64,000 bases of DNA, from the NCBI GenBank assembly GCA_963662335.2, contig CAXXVD010000002.1, forward strand, positions 352,001 through 416,000, in the 5' to 3' direction. A program made the position numbers and the translations under genes. A model generated the notes under the pieces. It did not search any database. It saw only the letters and a list, made by a program, of their open reading frames with translations, and had not been told where the DNA came from. This stretch comes from Chloroflexota bacterium. GTDB taxonomy: Bacteria; Chloroflexota; UBA11872; VXOZ01. The stretch's first letter is position 1, and the number at the start of each line of letters is the position of its first letter. Shown piece by piece: positions 32,074-41,986 of the stretch.

Positions 32074-32706
32074 GTGGCGACACTGGTGGAACCGGCCGTA
32101 AACCAGATGAGCATACGGCCTTTCAGCATCGAAGAGTACCACTGGTTGAGCGAGCACGACTTCTTCCATGAAGATGAGCGGGTGGAGCTAGTCACGGGAA
32201 TTCTGGTTCAGATGAGCCCCAAGGGGGTGCGCCATGCGGCCTGCCGCAGCAAGATGCTACATCTTCTGCTTTCCCAAGTCCGCGACGATGCTTTGGTGCG
32301 TGTGCAGGGCCCCATTACACTCTGCGACAACAACTCCGAACCTGAAGCCGACATAGTGTTGGCTTCCCCACGTGCGGGTGAGTATTACGATCGACATCCA
32401 TACCCTGCGGACGTGCTCTTGGTGGTGGAAATCGCAGATTCGAGTTTGGAATATGACCGACGTGTCAAGATTCCGCTATACGCGGCCGCGGGAATTGGCG
32501 AGTACTGGCTGATGAATTTGCAGGAAAACAATATAGAAGTGCACCGTGGGCCAACCTCTCCGGCAGCAGGCGCGGCATACTATCGCAAGCGCGTGATCTG
32601 CTCGGCGCAGGAAACGATCCGGCCCGCGCACTTTCCCAATTGCGCGGTGCGGGTTGAGGATGCGCTCCTACTGAAACACGACAAGGGTGACCTCACTGGC
32701 GCGTAG
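32074..32706 (+). CDS. Uma2 family (DUF820) PD-(D/E)xK endonuclease
   Basis: ERVELVTG, MSP.G..H, SEPEADIV, LVVEIADSSLEYDR..K..LYA..GI.EYW. Confidence 0.92.
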   Translation: MATLVEPAVNQMSIRPFSIEEYHWLSEHDFFHEDERVELVTGILVQMSPKGVRHAACRSKMLHLLLSQVRDDALVRVQGPITLCDNNSEPEADIVLASPRAGEYYDRHPYPADVLLVVEIADSSLEYDRRVKIPLYAAAGIGEYWLMNLQENNIEVHRGPTSPAAGAAYYRKRVICSAQETIRPAHFPNCAVRVEDALLLKHDKGDLTGA

Positions 32707-32790
32707 CGTGTCCGGTGTTGGTATCATGATAGTCGCATTCTAGAATCACGGTACGTTACTGACTCGTCTACTGGACAAGGAAAGAACAGC

Positions 32791-33858
32791 ATGGCAAACA
32801 GCGACGGTTACAACATAGGTGTTCTCGGCGCTACCGGTGTGGTGGGGCGTCTGTTGCTCGACATTCTCGAAGAACGGGCGTTTCCCGTGAAGGAACTGCG
32901 CCCGCTCGCCTCGGCGAATTCGCTGGGCAAGACCGTGGCGTTCGGCGGTGAAGAGCACGGCGTGCAGGAGACCACCGAGGACTCGTTCGATGGCTTGGAC
33001 ATCCTCTTTGCCTCCGCCGCCACCGGCGCCAACCGGCACTTTTCGCCAATCGCCGCCGCCGCGGGGGTGACGGTGGTGGACGACTCTTCCGCCTTTCGCA
33101 TGGATCCGGACGTGCCGCTGGTCATCGCCGGCGTGAACGACGACGACCTGCGCTGGCACAACGGCATCATCGCCGGGCCGAATTGCACCACGATGCAACT
33201 CGTGATTGCCGTCAACCCCATTCATCGGGTGAACCCCATCCGGCGCTTGGTGGTCGATACCTACCAGGCGGTCTCCGGTTGGGGCCGGGACGCCGTGGTC
33301 GAGTTGGACGAACAGATCAAGGCCAGGGCCGCCGGCAATGGTGATAATCTGCCCCGGCAGATCTTCCGTCACGACATTCTCGGCAACGTGCTGCCGGAGG
33401 TCGACTCGTTCCTGGACGACGGCTACACCAAGGAAGAGTGGAAGGTCATCCACGAGACGCGCAAGATCATGCACGCGCCGGAAATGTTGATTACGTGCAC
33501 GGCGGTGCGGGTGCCGGTGGCGGTGGGCCACTCCGAGGCGGTGCACCTGGAACTGGCGCGCCCCATGACCGCCGACGCGGTGCGCGCGGTCCTGGCGGAC
33601 GCGCCGGACGTGCGGATTGTGGACGACCCCGGCCAGGGGCTCTACCCGGTGGCCACCGACGCGGCCGGCACGGACGACGTGCTCATCGGCCGCATTCGCA
33701 ACGACGTTTCGCACGAAAACGGCGTGGCCATGTGGGTGGTGGCCGATAACCTGCGCTGCGGCGCGGCTACCAACGCCGTGCGCACGGCCGAACTGCTCGT
33801 CGCGCGCGGCCTGCTGCACGGCGCGGCGGCAGCGGCGGCTGGCAGGAGCGCCGGCTAG
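32791..33858 (+). CDS. asd: Aspartate-semialdehyde dehydrogenase
   Basis: GATGVVG, SSAFRM, PNCTT, TYQAVSG, VRVPV..GHSE and DNLR.GAA.NA. Confidence 0.97.
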   Translation: MANSDGYNIGVLGATGVVGRLLLDILEERAFPVKELRPLASANSLGKTVAFGGEEHGVQETTEDSFDGLDILFASAATGANRHFSPIAAAAGVTVVDDSSAFRMDPDVPLVIAGVNDDDLRWHNGIIAGPNCTTMQLVIAVNPIHRVNPIRRLVVDTYQAVSGWGRDAVVELDEQIKARAAGNGDNLPRQIFRHDILGNVLPEVDSFLDDGYTKEEWKVIHETRKIMHAPEMLITCTAVRVPVAVGHSEAVHLELARPMTADAVRAVLADAPDVRIVDDPGQGLYPVATDAAGTDDVLIGRIRNDVSHENGVAMWVVADNLRCGAATNAVRTAELLVARGLLHGAAAAAAGRSAG

Positions 33859-33919
33859 CGCCGCCCCGGCAAACCGCCGCCGGATTGCCAACTCCCGCCT
33901 GGCGCTTTCCCCATCCGCC

Positions 33920-33943
33920 GTAGCGCGGGGGCTTGTCCCCCGC
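33920..33943. repeat. GTAG-type REP
   Basis: Exact GTAGCGCGGGGGCTTGTCCCCCGC. Confidence 0.9.
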
Positions 33944-34093
33944 CCGGCGCGGCGTGCGTTCATTGTGCAGTCGGGGCTTGCCCTCCGCTTGGCGCGGTAC
34001 GATACCGCATCTGCCTAAATCGTGTGACACCGCGCTTTGCGTACGGTACACTGTGGCAAATGACCACGCATGCATACGAGGAGGAGCGCACCC

Positions 34094-35020
34094 ATGGCTG
34101 GCACGGAACTTGGCAGACTGATTACGGCGATGGTCACGCCCTTCGGCGACGACGGCGCGGTGGACTACGGCCAACTGGGCCGGCTGGCCGAACAGCTTAT
34201 CCAAGGCGGCTCCGACGCGCTGCTGGTCACCGGCACCACCGGCGAATCGCCCACGCTCTCCCACGAGGAGAAGCTGGAATGCTACCGCACCGTCATGGCG
34301 GCGGCGGACGGGCGCGTACCCGTAGTCGCCGGCACCGGCAATTACGCCACGGATGAGAGCGCGGCCTTCTCCCGCGAGGCGGAGGCGCTCGGCGTGGACG
34401 CCCTGCTGCTGGTCGTGCCCTACTACAACAACCCGCCGCAAGAGGGCCTCTACCAACACTTCAAGACGATTGCCGAGAGCACGTCGCTGCCGTGCATCGT
34501 CTACAACGTGCCCACCCGCACGGTGCGCAACATGGAGGCCGCCACCACGGCGCGCCTGGCGGAAGTGGACAACATCGTGGGCGTGAAAGAGGCATCCGGC
34601 GACCTGGGCCAGATTTCCGACGTGCTGCGCCTGGCGCCCGCCGACTTCCGCGTCTGGAGCGGCAACGATTCCGATACCTACCACATCATGTGCATGGGCG
34701 GCTACGGCATCATCAGCGTCGCCAGCCACGTGATCGGCCTGCAAATCAGGAAGATGATCGACACCACCCTGGCCTCCGACATCCCCACGGCCGGCGCGCT
34801 CCACCAACACCTGATGCCGCTCTTCACGTCGATCTTCCCGCCCATCTCGCCGGTGGCCAGCCCGGCCGCCATCAAGGCCTGCCTCAACCTGGCCGGCTTC
34901 AACGCCGGCGGCCACCGCCTGCCCCTGATCCCGGTCCCCGACGAATTCGCCCACACCCTGCGCGAACTGCTGGGGACGTATGAGTTGGATCCGAATCTGT
35001 CGGTGCTGGCGACGGTGTAG
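34094..35020 (+). CDS. dapA: 4-hydroxy-tetrahydrodipicolinate synthase
   Basis: TAMVTPF, GTTGESPTL, PYYN, YNVP.RT and GVKEASG. GAGGAG RBS. Confidence 0.96.
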   Translation: MAGTELGRLITAMVTPFGDDGAVDYGQLGRLAEQLIQGGSDALLVTGTTGESPTLSHEEKLECYRTVMAAADGRVPVVAGTGNYATDESAAFSREAEALGVDALLLVVPYYNNPPQEGLYQHFKTIAESTSLPCIVYNVPTRTVRNMEAATTARLAEVDNIVGVKEASGDLGQISDVLRLAPADFRVWSGNDSDTYHIMCMGGYGIISVASHVIGLQIRKMIDTTLASDIPTAGALHQHLMPLFTSIFPPISPVASPAAIKACLNLAGFNAGGHRLPLIPVPDEFAHTLRELLGTYELDPNLSVLATV

Positions 35021-35087
35021 GCGCTTTGTCGGCAATTTGTACGTAAGGTATTGCGCTAGGCGTTGAAGTCAAGATAGTGTCTCTCGC

Positions 35088-35125
35088 ACGCCCTCGTGCT
35101 AACTGCACGGGGGCGTTCTTCCTTT
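35088..35125 (+). terminator. Probable Rho-independent terminator after dapA
   Basis: ACGCCCTCGTGC-loop-GCACGGGGGCGT followed by TCTTCCTTT. Confidence 0.55.
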
Positions 35126-35364
35126 AACTCACTTGCGTGCTTCCGGGCGAAAGCGCCTCTATGTTCTCAGGGTCAGTATCGTCGTATTTGGGTCGGACTG
35201 TGCTAAGATAACCGTGCCAAGACTGTATCGTCACCATAGCCCCATTCCGTTTGCCAGCGGATAGGGAGATTAGGTAAGAGCGCGCCTCGCGCTCCCTTGC
35301 GGGCTATGCGTGATGCAGTCTTGGCAGCCTGCGCTCAGCTTATCTCTGCAAGGGAGTAGCTAAA

Positions 35365-37212
35365 GTGCGCCTGCTTATACCTGCCCTTGTCCTTCTCTTC
35401 TTCGTGCTGACCGCTTCATCTGTGTCTGCTCACGGCCATTGTGAGTTTCGTCTGGGTTTCAAAACGCTCCGCGACCTCATCGGACACCACATCGTGGGCG
35501 AATGTCTGGAAAACGAGTACTACAACGCCATCGGCGATAGCAATCAGCGCACAACCGGCGGACTAATGGCCTGGCGCAAGGCGGACAATTGGACGGCGTT
35601 TACGGATGGCTATCGCACGTGGATCAATGGTCCCTATGGGCTTGTGCAGCGCCTGAACACTGAACGATTCCCGTGGGAAGCGGACCATGTTCATGCACCA
35701 CCGCCAACGCCGGGACCAATTCCCCTAGCGACACCTACGCCGGTCCTGCAAGCGTCCATTGATCCCACACTTGCCCATGCGTATCACATCATGCGCCGTT
35801 CGCGGACCGGAAACCAAGTCGCGGACACGTTCGTGCGTCTAGGGGCAAGTGTCCAGTTCGGTACAGATGGCGATGCCTTAAGCGCGTGGCGTGAGTCTCC
35901 TCCTAGCATTCGTCTCCATGAACGATACCGGCGGGAGAGTTACGAGTTGCAAGCCTTCATGTTGGTCTATCCGACAGTAATGTTGGCGTCGGTAACTGAC
36001 TTTGGCCAGCCTCAGTCCTGGGAGCAGTGCATCAGCATGAGAGCACACGGGTACACCCAGGCGGCTAAGTATTGGCTGGAGACTCACGGCGCACGCGGCA
36101 AGCAGAACCCTACCGGGGAGGAAAAGTTCGCAAATGCTGTGCTGGCCGCGCACCTTGATAACGGCATTCGCAGAGTTGTCACGATGGACACTGTCTGTGA
36201 ACGATTCGGCACGCCTTCCACGCCAACTCCTTCACCAGCCCCTAGACCGACTATCGACCCCGTCTTGGGCCATGCGTTTGAAGTATTGCGCACCACACGA
36301 ACCGGGAGGGAAATTGCCGATAGGTTCTTTCAGTCGGGGGCAAGCGCAGTATTCGGTCCGTTGGACGGTTCCACAAGCCGGTGGAGTTCCACGCCTCGTC
36401 GCATCACCATAAATCAGGAGTACCGCAGCGAGAGTCCGGAAGCGCTCGCACATGCGCTCATCTGGCCGACGATGGCACTGAGTGTTTGGATTGAAGACGG
36501 TAACTCAGCTTCTTGGCAAGAATGCATGAATCGAATGGTCGCACTTGAGAGGCTTCAGTCTCAGTGGTGGCTGGAGAAGTTCGGCACAGATGGCAAACGA
36601 AACCCCACGCAAATGGAGCGGTGGGCCAACAATGGCCTGAGTTGGCTACGTACACAAAACACGAGGAACGTGTGGATGAGTGCTCACTACAGAGAGCAGT
36701 GTGGAAGAAGTGATGACCCTGGGCCGTACATCGATCCCGACCTTGCGGACGCGTTCGTGACGGCGCTCAAGGGCGAATCCGAAATCGGTAGGTGGGCGGT
36801 AGACGCGGTTGTTGCAGCAGGAACTGAGGTAGTGTTTGGGCCCGTAGGGGGATGGGGCAGCTACTCGCCGTTGCGCAACCTCATTACCATTAGCGAAGAG
36901 CTAAGGGGCTACAGCAACCAGGTGCTCGCCTCGGTGCTCATTCACGAGGCGTATCACGTCTTGTCGCACGGGAGCAGAGGGGGGCGGCAGCAAGCTACTC
37001 CCGCGGAGTGCCTCCAGGAGGAGGTAGATGCATTCAGGCTATCAGCCCGTTGGTGGTATGAGTGGTACGGGCGCTACGGCAGGAGAAACCCCAATCGTGC
37101 GGAACTGGCGAATAACGCTCTCATGCAGGCATGGCTCAATGATAGACTTACGGAGTGGGTGCTGCTCAGTGAAGGCTACCAATACCAGTGTCTAGGGGGC
37201 GTAGTCGAGTAG
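35365..37212 (+). CDS. Secreted protein: Chloroflexi-type N-domain plus three tandem zincin-like repeats (only the third has HExxH)
   Basis: Signal peptide; CEFRLGFK...WRKADNWTAFTDGYRTWINGP domain; three IDP.L..A... repeats; LIHEAYH...EEVDA in repeat 3. Confidence 0.8.
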   Translation: MRLLIPALVLLFFVLTASSVSAHGHCEFRLGFKTLRDLIGHHIVGECLENEYYNAIGDSNQRTTGGLMAWRKADNWTAFTDGYRTWINGPYGLVQRLNTERFPWEADHVHAPPPTPGPIPLATPTPVLQASIDPTLAHAYHIMRRSRTGNQVADTFVRLGASVQFGTDGDALSAWRESPPSIRLHERYRRESYELQAFMLVYPTVMLASVTDFGQPQSWEQCISMRAHGYTQAAKYWLETHGARGKQNPTGEEKFANAVLAAHLDNGIRRVVTMDTVCERFGTPSTPTPSPAPRPTIDPVLGHAFEVLRTTRTGREIADRFFQSGASAVFGPLDGSTSRWSSTPRRITINQEYRSESPEALAHALIWPTMALSVWIEDGNSASWQECMNRMVALERLQSQWWLEKFGTDGKRNPTQMERWANNGLSWLRTQNTRNVWMSAHYREQCGRSDDPGPYIDPDLADAFVTALKGESEIGRWAVDAVVAAGTEVVFGPVGGWGSYSPLRNLITISEELRGYSNQVLASVLIHEAYHVLSHGSRGGRQQATPAECLQEEVDAFRLSARWWYEWYGRYGRRNPNRAELANNALMQAWLNDRLTEWVLLSEGYQYQCLGGVVE

Positions 37213-37223
37213 CCCTGGAAAAG

Positions 37224-37532
37224 TCATCGACTTCCAGTTGCGACAGACATTCCCGAGATGGGTAGAGATGGAGGCGCGGACCGCGTAGGCAGGATGAGAA
37301 CATCATCCTCGGCGGTGACGTGCTCGATCAGGGCTTTCTCGATTGGTATTCCCGCTTGCTCCAGCGTATCGAGCAGCGCATCGAAGTCCGAATCGGTTCC
37401 CACGACGGTTTGATTGAAGATGGCAACCCACTGTTCGGGATGCTCTTGCAGAAGTTGCGCGTAGTGCGACTCGAAGTAGTCGACGTCCCGCTGGAAGCGG
37501 GCGATGCTTTCTGGTTGGCTCTCTTGGCTCAC
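37224..37532 (-). CDS. DUF5678-like small protein
   Basis: AGGAGG RBS plus GTG at 37532; YFESHYAQLLQEHPEQWVAIFNQTVVG. Confidence 0.7.
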   Translation of the reverse strand: MSQESQPESIARFQRDVDYFESHYAQLLQEHPEQWVAIFNQTVVGTDSDFDALLDTLEQAGIPIEKALIEHVTAEDDVLILPTRSAPPSLPISGMSVATGSR

Positions 37533-37564
37533 GGCGCGGCGCCTCCTGCATGTGACGGCACTGC

Positions 37565-38236
37565 CTAGCGCAGGTCTTCCCCGGTCAGGCGCAATTCGCC
37601 CGGCACGATCTGCACGCCCGTCACCCGTATCCCGTGCGCCGTCCTGAAATACGTGTCCAGCCTCTCGTTGACCTCGGCCGCGGCCTCCGCCATGTACCCC
37701 GCCGGCACCGGCAGGACGCCAAACTTCCCCTTGATGTTGTCCGCCTCCAACCTGCCGTTGCGCACCACCAGGCGGCCGCTGACCTGCACCGTCGTGCGGA
37801 ACGGACGTTGCAGTTGGCCCCGGATGACGAAAGCGTCGTGCGCCAACTCGATGGCAATGTCCGAGACCTCGCCGTCGGGGTTGTTCACCGCGATCGCGGC
37901 TTCTATCTTTGCAATCAATTCTTGCTCGGTGAGTACTAACATGAACTGCCCCGGCGCCGGCGAGGGACACAGTGAATCGGGCGCCGCCGCCGGATCCCCT
38001 TGCGGCGGCAGACAGGAGACCCACGTTGCCGCCGCCTGCGGCCCGGCCGAAGCCTCCGGCCCAGGCGGCGCCACCGGCGGTGTTTCCGCGGCGGTTGGCG
38101 CTGCCGGCGCGCCGCCGCAGTGCGCGAGCAAGAGCGCGCACAGGCCAATGGCCGCCCACGCGGCATATATCCGGATCCGCCCCATAACGCAGCGCCTCCC
38201 GCGCGCGGCATCGTGTTGTTTCCAGGCCCAACGCAC
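37565..38236 (-). CDS. Lipoprotein with LmeA/DUF2993-like tubular lipid-binding domain
   Basis: LLAHC lipobox, LTEQEL...G.LPVP...V.IVPGELRLTG. The likely start is the ATG at 38185. Confidence 0.6.
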   Translation of the reverse strand: MRWAWKQHDAARGRRCVMGRIRIYAAWAAIGLCALLLAHCGGAPAAPTAAETPPVAPPGPEASAGPQAAATWVSCLPPQGDPAAAPDSLCPSPAPGQFMLVLTEQELIAKIEAAIAVNNPDGEVSDIAIELAHDAFVIRGQLQRPFRTTVQVSGRLVVRNGRLEADNIKGKFGVLPVPAGYMAEAAAEVNERLDTYFRTAHGIRVTGVQIVPGELRLTGEDLR

Positions 38237-38262
38237 GGAATCTACTCCCGCTGCCGGCGGGC

Positions 38263-38927
38263 CTACCGCGCCAGCCGTTCGCCGGTGACGCGAATCGTGC
38301 CCGGCGCAATCTCGACGCTGTCTATGCGCAGACCGCGCGCCGCGCCGACGTTGTCACTGATGAACCTGTTGGCCTGTTCCGTAAGCTGATCGCGCAACGC
38401 CTTTGGCATCGGCAGCGCGCCGAGATTCGCCTCCGTCAACTCCATGCGCACCGTGTCCCCGGCAATGATGAAATGCCCTTTGGCCGTGATGGTGGCGCGG
38501 AAAGGACTGGTGACCGTGCCGGTGGCCGCGAAGACGTCCTGTTCGAAGACGATGACGAGATTGGAAACCGGCGGTCATCCTCAGCGGCAATGACCTCGCC
38601 GAGCAGCGCGGTAAGGTCGCTATCGGAGACTTCGACGGTGAAGCGCCCGACGGCGTCGGCCTGGCTTATGGCGTCTTCGGCCCGCTGGATCGCGGCTTCA
38701 CGCGCGGCTGCCGCCGCGGCGGCGGAATCTGCGTCTCTGACGATTGTAATGGTCGGCGTCGGCGAGGGCGCGGCCCCGCCTGGAAGCAGCCCGCCGAGCG
38801 CCGGCGCGTCCACCACGCCGATCGCCGCCAGCAGCGCCACGCCGGCGACCAGCAGCGCCAGGAAGAGCGTGAAGAAGATGACGGCCAGCGCCTTGTAGAT
38901 TCGCCATATGAGTCCCACGCGCAGCAA
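38263..38927 (-). pseudogene. Membrane-anchored paralog of the adjacent LmeA/DUF2993-like protein, single frameshift near 38574
   Basis: One added base after ...AAEDD restores PPVSNLVIVFEQDVFAATGTVTSPFRATITAKGHFIIAGDTVRMELTEANLGALPMP...EIAPGTIRVTG. Confidence 0.7.
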
Positions 38928-39064
38928 CCGCCTTCCGGCTCTGTGAGCGTCCCTTCCGCTCCATAGTACAATACGGGCGGCAGGCCGCGTGTGTGACGGC
39001 GTGCTCCGCCTGAAAGCTGCCGGCGATGCCGGCGTCCGGCCCGGCGTGCGGCAAGGAGACCGGC

Positions 39065-39649
39065 ATGAACGAGGAGACAGCGCCGGAGCGAGAGCGAGGC
39101 GGGTCCGCGGCGCTCCGGGCCAAGGGGTATCGCACGCTCACGCGCTTGCGGCGGGCGCGGGCGGCCGCGCCGCGCAATCCCGCTTTGACCGCGCCGGAGT
39201 GGGAACTGCTGGGCCGTTTCGGCCTGCGGACTATCGACGCCGTGCGGCGGCGCATGGCCGAACGCGCGCTGCTGGCCGCCTACGACGGCGCGCCGGCCGC
39301 CCTGACGGAAGCGCGAGTGGAACGCGCGCGGACGCCATCGGCGGATGACGGCGCGCAAGACCCTGGTCGGTCATACGATGAGGCCCACCTGGAAGCGCTG
39401 CTGGTAACAACCCTTTGCTACGACCCGGAATCCGAGCGAGTGTGCGTGGACTACACGGTCTCGCGGCGGCAGGTTGCGGTCGACGAGGGCGGGCGACGCC
39501 TGGAGACCCGCGACGGCGAGTTCTACGCGGTGACCTTCGATCCGCGCACGGGCGGCGTGGCCCGGCGGGAACGCGGCGCGCTGCGGCAAGCGCCGGGAGA
39601 ACCTGCGGCGCGGCGCGACGTGACGGTCGAGACCGTCGCGCCGCATTGA
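39065..39649 (+). CDS. Hypothetical protein
   Basis: AAGGAG RBS, host-like codon usage, and it fills the gap between neighbours. Confidence 0.6.
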   Translation: MNEETAPERERGGSAALRAKGYRTLTRLRRARAAAPRNPALTAPEWELLGRFGLRTIDAVRRRMAERALLAAYDGAPAALTEARVERARTPSADDGAQDPGRSYDEAHLEALLVTTLCYDPESERVCVDYTVSRRQVAVDEGGRRLETRDGEFYAVTFDPRTGGVARRERGALRQAPGEPAARRDVTVETVAPH

Positions 39650-39650
39650 A

Positions 39651-39928
39651 GTAGCGCGGGGGCTTGTCCCCCGCCATTGCATGAGACGAGGACACGCAAA
39701 GGTTCGACCCTTCAGCGTTCGCAGGTTGCAAACCTGCGCTACCGGAGACGCGCGGCGTGGTTCTATCGTCTTCAATCTAATGCGACGCCATTGGGGGGCA
39801 AGCCCCCGCGCTACGGCTTGGAACATTGAACGGGTTGCTGTCTCTCCCGTTCGCGCTGAGCCTGTCGAAGCGCACGTCTGCGCAGCGTAATCTTAGCGTA
39901 AGAAGCGGGGGACAAGCCCCCGCGCTAC
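39651..39928. repeat. BIME-like mosaic of REP families
   Basis: GTAG-REP copies at 39651, 39793 and 39905; CGCAGGTTGCAAACCTGCGCTAC at about 39720; CCGTTCGCGCTGAGCCTGTCGAAGCG at about 39847. Confidence 0.88.
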
Positions 39929-40021
39929 GGAATTCGCCGCGCGGTTGCGCGCTAGCCTTCGGATTCGGCACAGTAGACGCAGCCCGTCTCTCTCCATCAC
40001 GCTCAACGAAGGTGACCCTGC

Positions 40022-40780
40022 GTGCCGCTGCCCGGCTTAACCGACTTTCAAACGCTGCTGCTCCTTGGCGGCCTGGTGACGTTCTTTGCCGCCGCCGTCG
40101 CGGGAACGACGGGCTTTGGCTACGGCCTCGTCAGCGTGCCCTTGCTGATGCTCGTGCTGCCGCCCAAGCTGGTGGTGCCGGCGGTCACCACGCACATCTT
40201 CCTGGTCTCATTGCTCATTCTCTTACAGGTCCTCAAGCACGTTGACCTGCGCCGCATCTGGCCGTTGATGGCGACCGGCCTCCTGGGGCTGCCGCTGGGC
40301 GTCTACGCGCTGCTCGTCCTCAGCGGGGGCGCGCTCAAGGCGATCGTTGGCGTCGTAATCGTATGCTTCGCGATTGCGCTGCTGCTGGGCCTCAACCTGG
40401 AGATCACAAACGAGAAACTCGCGCTGGCGCCGGTGGGCGTAGCGAGCGGGCTGCTGGCCTCGGGCATTGCCATGGCCGGCCCGCCGGTGATTCTCTTCTT
40501 CTCCAACCAGGGCATGGTGAAGCAGGTTTTTCGCGCCAACCTGGCCGCCTACTTCGTCTTCCTGAACACCGTCACCATGCCCGCCCACGCGGCGAGCGGG
40601 CTGCTTACGGGCGAGGCAGTGCGCTACGCGGCGCTCTTCCTGCCGACGCTGGCGGCGGGACTGGCATTGGGCAGTTTCTTCTCCCGCAAAGTGCCGGAGG
40701 CGCTCTTCCGCCGGGTCGTCTTGGTGGTGGTGCTGTGCACCGGGCTGCTTGCTATCGCCTCCGGCCTGGAAGTCTTCTGA
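40022..40780 (+). CDS. TauE/SafE family sulfite exporter
   Basis: G.TGFG..LVSVP, AGPPV..F, FRANL and about eight TM helices. Confidence 0.88.
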   Translation: MPLPGLTDFQTLLLLGGLVTFFAAAVAGTTGFGYGLVSVPLLMLVLPPKLVVPAVTTHIFLVSLLILLQVLKHVDLRRIWPLMATGLLGLPLGVYALLVLSGGALKAIVGVVIVCFAIALLLGLNLEITNEKLALAPVGVASGLLASGIAMAGPPVILFFSNQGMVKQVFRANLAAYFVFLNTVTMPAHAASGLLTGEAVRYAALFLPTLAAGLALGSFFSRKVPEALFRRVVLVVVLCTGLLAIASGLEVF

Positions 40781-40820
40781 GCGCCTCGGCCAAGATGGCG
40801 CCTGCCGTTCCCGCCAAGTA

Positions 40821-41411
40821 GCGGGGGACAAGCCCTAATGCTGTCGCGTTAAACAGAGAGGCAGCAAAACTCGCGTCCGCAATCTCCGGTAGCGCAGGTT
40901 TGTAACCTGCGTAGCTGCCAGGTCTATCCTTATGCATGTCAGTTTCAGCGGCTCCGGCGGGGGACAAGCCCCCGCCCTACGGGTTGTTGGCGGATATCGA
41001 GCGTACAGTTGCTAAGTTAACTGCACACTCCGTTCGCACTGAGCCTGTCGAAGTGCGCGTCTGCCCAGCGCGCTAGACCAAAGAGGCGGGGGACAAGCCC
41101 CCGCCCTACGGGTTGTTGGCGGATATCGAGCGTACAGTTGCTAAGTTTACTGCACACTCCGTTCGCACTGAGCCTGTCGAAGTGCGCGTTTGCCCAGCGC
41201 GATAGGCCAAAGAGGCGGGGGACAAGCCCCCGCGCTACGGGTTGGTGCGGAGGCGGGCTACGGTTGGTGCGGAGACACTGAGATCAGGCCCCGTGCTTCG
41301 AGAAGCTCAGCACGAACGGGTTGCGTATCTTCCGTTCGCACTGAGCCTGTCGAAGTGCGCGTTTGCCCAGCGCGCTAGACCAAAGAGGCGGGGGACAAGC
41401 CCCCGCGCTAC
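40821..41411. repeat. Tandem mosaic: GTAG-REP alternating with the CCGTTCGCACTGAGCCTGTCGAAGTG hairpin
   Basis: REP starts at 40957, 41086, 41215 and 41388 (periods 129, 129, 173). Further partial elements lie at 40821 and 40889. Confidence 0.92.
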
Positions 41412-41439
41412 GGGTTGGAGCCGCCGGCCTGGGAATCTT

Positions 41440-41982
41440 CTAGCCGGGGCCGGTTGCGCGGAGATTCCGCATTATCGCCTCCCAGCGCGCGGGATAGCTC
41501 TCGTGGCTCATGTGCGGCGCAAAGCCCAGTTTCAGGTAGATGTGAATGGCGGCCAGGCGCACGTCGTCGGTAAGCAGTTGCACGGAGCGCAAGCCGCGCG
41601 CGCGGAAGCGGCGCAAGACCGCCAGCGAGAGCCAGTAGCCCAGGCTTTGCCCCCGGTGGTCGGGGTGGACGCAGACCATGTGCACGGTGCCGCGCTCCGG
41701 CGGATTGTCTTCTTCATGGAACGCGCAGGCCGTGCCCACCACCGTTTCACCTTCCACCGCGAAAAATAACCCTCCAGAATCAAAACCCGGCGCGCTGATG
41801 ATCCGCTCGCGGCAGGCTTCTACCGTCCACGACGAGTTCATAGCTACGCCCACCAGTTCGGTCCACAGCGTCTCGTCGTTGGGCTGGTAGGAACGGATGC
41901 GGTACGGTTCCGGCACGCGCAACGGCGGTAGGTCGTCCAGGTGCGGGCGCACCATGATCAACTGCGGATTGGGTCGGCTCAC
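41440..41982 (-). CDS. GNAT family N-acetyltransferase
   Basis: VCVHPDHRGQSLG and AAIHIYLKLGF. Confidence 0.9.
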   Translation of the reverse strand: MSRPNPQLIMVRPHLDDLPPLRVPEPYRIRSYQPNDETLWTELVGVAMNSSWTVEACRERIISAPGFDSGGLFFAVEGETVVGTACAFHEEDNPPERGTVHMVCVHPDHRGQSLGYWLSLAVLRRFRARGLRSVQLLTDDVRLAAIHIYLKLGFAPHMSHESYPARWEAIMRNLRATGPG

Positions 41983-41986
41983 GGCG

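Noticed and set aside
33945-34093. Lysine riboswitch upstream of dapA or asd
   Set aside because: No recognisable L-box core; the intergenic space is short and partly REP.
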